A stretch of DNA of 63,346 nt, filler included, from Octopus bimaculoides (Eukaryota): NCBI RefSeq assembly GCF_001194135.2. It is 4 parts of 4 records of this genome, joined end to end, with 100 filler letters (N's around TTAATTAATTAA, not from the genome) between each part and the next. Parts side by side here need not be neighbours in the genome. Positions count along the whole stretch, not along the records: positions 61,633 to 63,346 come from NW_026311253.1; 3 more parts are not named here. The stretch is one strand, 5' to 3'. The translations under genes and the position numbers were made by a program. Shown here one piece after another: positions 61,533 through 63,346 of the stretch (position 1 is its first letter; every line of letters begins with the position of its first letter). The notes beneath the pieces are model-generated. The model made no database searches, had not been told where the DNA came from, and saw only the letters and a list, made by a program, of their open reading frames with translations.

Positions 61533-62351
61533 NNNNNNNNNNNNNNNNNNNNNNNNNNNNNNNNNNNNNNNNNNNNTTAATTAATTAANNNNNNNNNNNN
61601 NNNNNNNNNNNNNNNNNNNNNNNNNNNNNNNNATATCATATCGATATGTGTGTGAGAGTGTGTGTTGTTCTGCGTGAGTATGTATGTGTGAAATAATTAT
61701 AAAACAGCTATCATTTTCCCAGACCACATTGATCAGAAAAACGCCATCACAAATATCAAACTTGAGAGCATTCATTGTATGTGTCCAGGCATGTGTGTGT
61801 AGATTTGTATATATGTGTCGTGGGGGTGGAGGTTAGCCATGATGAAAACTTTCGAATTTATTGCTATGGTTTGTACTGTTTTCTTGCTGTCGATTTTAAT
61901 GAAATAAACTTTATTACACGAGTTTGTTTAGTCTTGTTGATTTTGACGTAACAAATAAATTAAGATGGAAGCAAAAATACACCACGCCAAAAACAGAAAA
62001 AAAGCCTAAACATTTTTTTATGTGGCATTGGCTGTGTAAACAATCTATTATATATGATATAAACATATAAACATATACATGAAAAACTCATACATATTAT
62101 AATATATATATATATATAGGTATATGTAAATATTATATAATACATGTACGTGTATATGTATGTGTGTAGCTGAGTCAACCTGTTAATGGATACGTGTTGA
62201 GTACCGCTTTCTTTCGATTGTTCATACACACTCATACATGCATACATACATACATACATACATACACGCATGCATACATACATACAGACATACATACATG
62301 CGTACGTACGTACATATTTATATCTTTGTCTGTCTGTGTGTATCTATTTAT

Positions 62352-62409
<58 letters not shown>

Positions 62410-63346
62410 ATCCGCTTGTTCTAACCATAAACTGTATTTCTTTTCTCTCATGAGCGAAGTTTTACGTTAAGTAGAACATGAAACTTGAGTAGCAAGATCA
62501 TATTCAGGTGAGAATGTTCTCGCCAGAAGGTTTAAATGCCGTGAACTCCATTCATGAATGAGAGAAATTCTGTTCAAATAAATAAATAAATTTTATAGTG
62601 GCATATGGAATGACTTGTCTCTCTTTCATCGACAAACCACAGATTTTCAATAGACATATATGTATATATACAAGCAGTAACAAGGATAATGCCACTTGTA
62701 TTTGAACACTATGCAAATATTCTTTTAAAAAAACTTTTCTTTTAATTTTTCCGAAATTTAATTGTTTTCTATACTTACTGTTGAAAATGTCTCGATGACT
62801 GAAACCGAGAGTCAAAGATGAATACGATAGAAAGATCACGTGTTAAGTAGAACAAATCAGAATGATGCATTTGGTAGCATCTGTTGTGTGGTGATTAGCT
62901 GCTATTTGAAGTGTACGAAGCAACAATGCGATGAAGTATAAGGAAAATATGTAGCGTTAAGGGAAAAGAAGCACGGAAACAATAAGAAATAGATGTAAAA
63001 TATTAACTGAAATAAAGTGAAAGGGGTTCTGAGCCGAAACGAAACCCCATAATCTAACATGACTATAAGAGTGAAAGTTTTAAGCATATTTTTATGTATT
63101 TGAATGAAGACGTAAGTGGAATGTTAGCAGGAACAGGAGAGGAGTTTTCTACTTGTTCTGGTTGGTTTCATAGAATAAAAAATATCGAACAGGAACTTAG
63201 GATGGTCTTTTGAGAGACGCTGGAAGTATGCACACAAAAATACAAGAACGAAATAAAATAAGAGATTCATGAGATGGCAATTGGGAAGGTCATAACGATG
63301 ATGGTGATGATGACGATGATGATGATGATGGTGATGATGATGATGA

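Overview
AT-rich, gappy animal (eukaryotic) scaffold. The SINE families, microsatellite load and H2B N-terminus are most consistent with an octopod (Octopus-like) genome; this is recognition from memory, not a database result. Most ORFs in the supplied track are microsatellite or N-gap artefacts. The only clear host-type genes are a 5' histone H2B fragment running into a gap (16885-17062) and a tRNA-Arg(TCT)-like gene or pseudogene (59615-59687, minus). The rest is a transposon graveyard: many copies of at least four tRNA-derived SINE families, three Tx1-clade LINE fragments, RTE and R4/Dong LINE ends, Penelope-like (PLE) RT and GIY-YIG fossils, Tc1/mariner and hAT fossils, MITEs and a Helitron-like element. 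The most interesting signal is a set of five minimal type I hammerhead-ribozyme-like motifs from two short repeat families. One family has a tRNA-like Pol III head; the other sits in (TA)n tracts and lacks the conserved A6. Also notable: several long inverted repeats able to form dsRNA, an H2B gene adjacent to a Tx1 element, and a tRNA gene abutting a SINE. No CRISPR, rRNA or prokaryotic system is supported.
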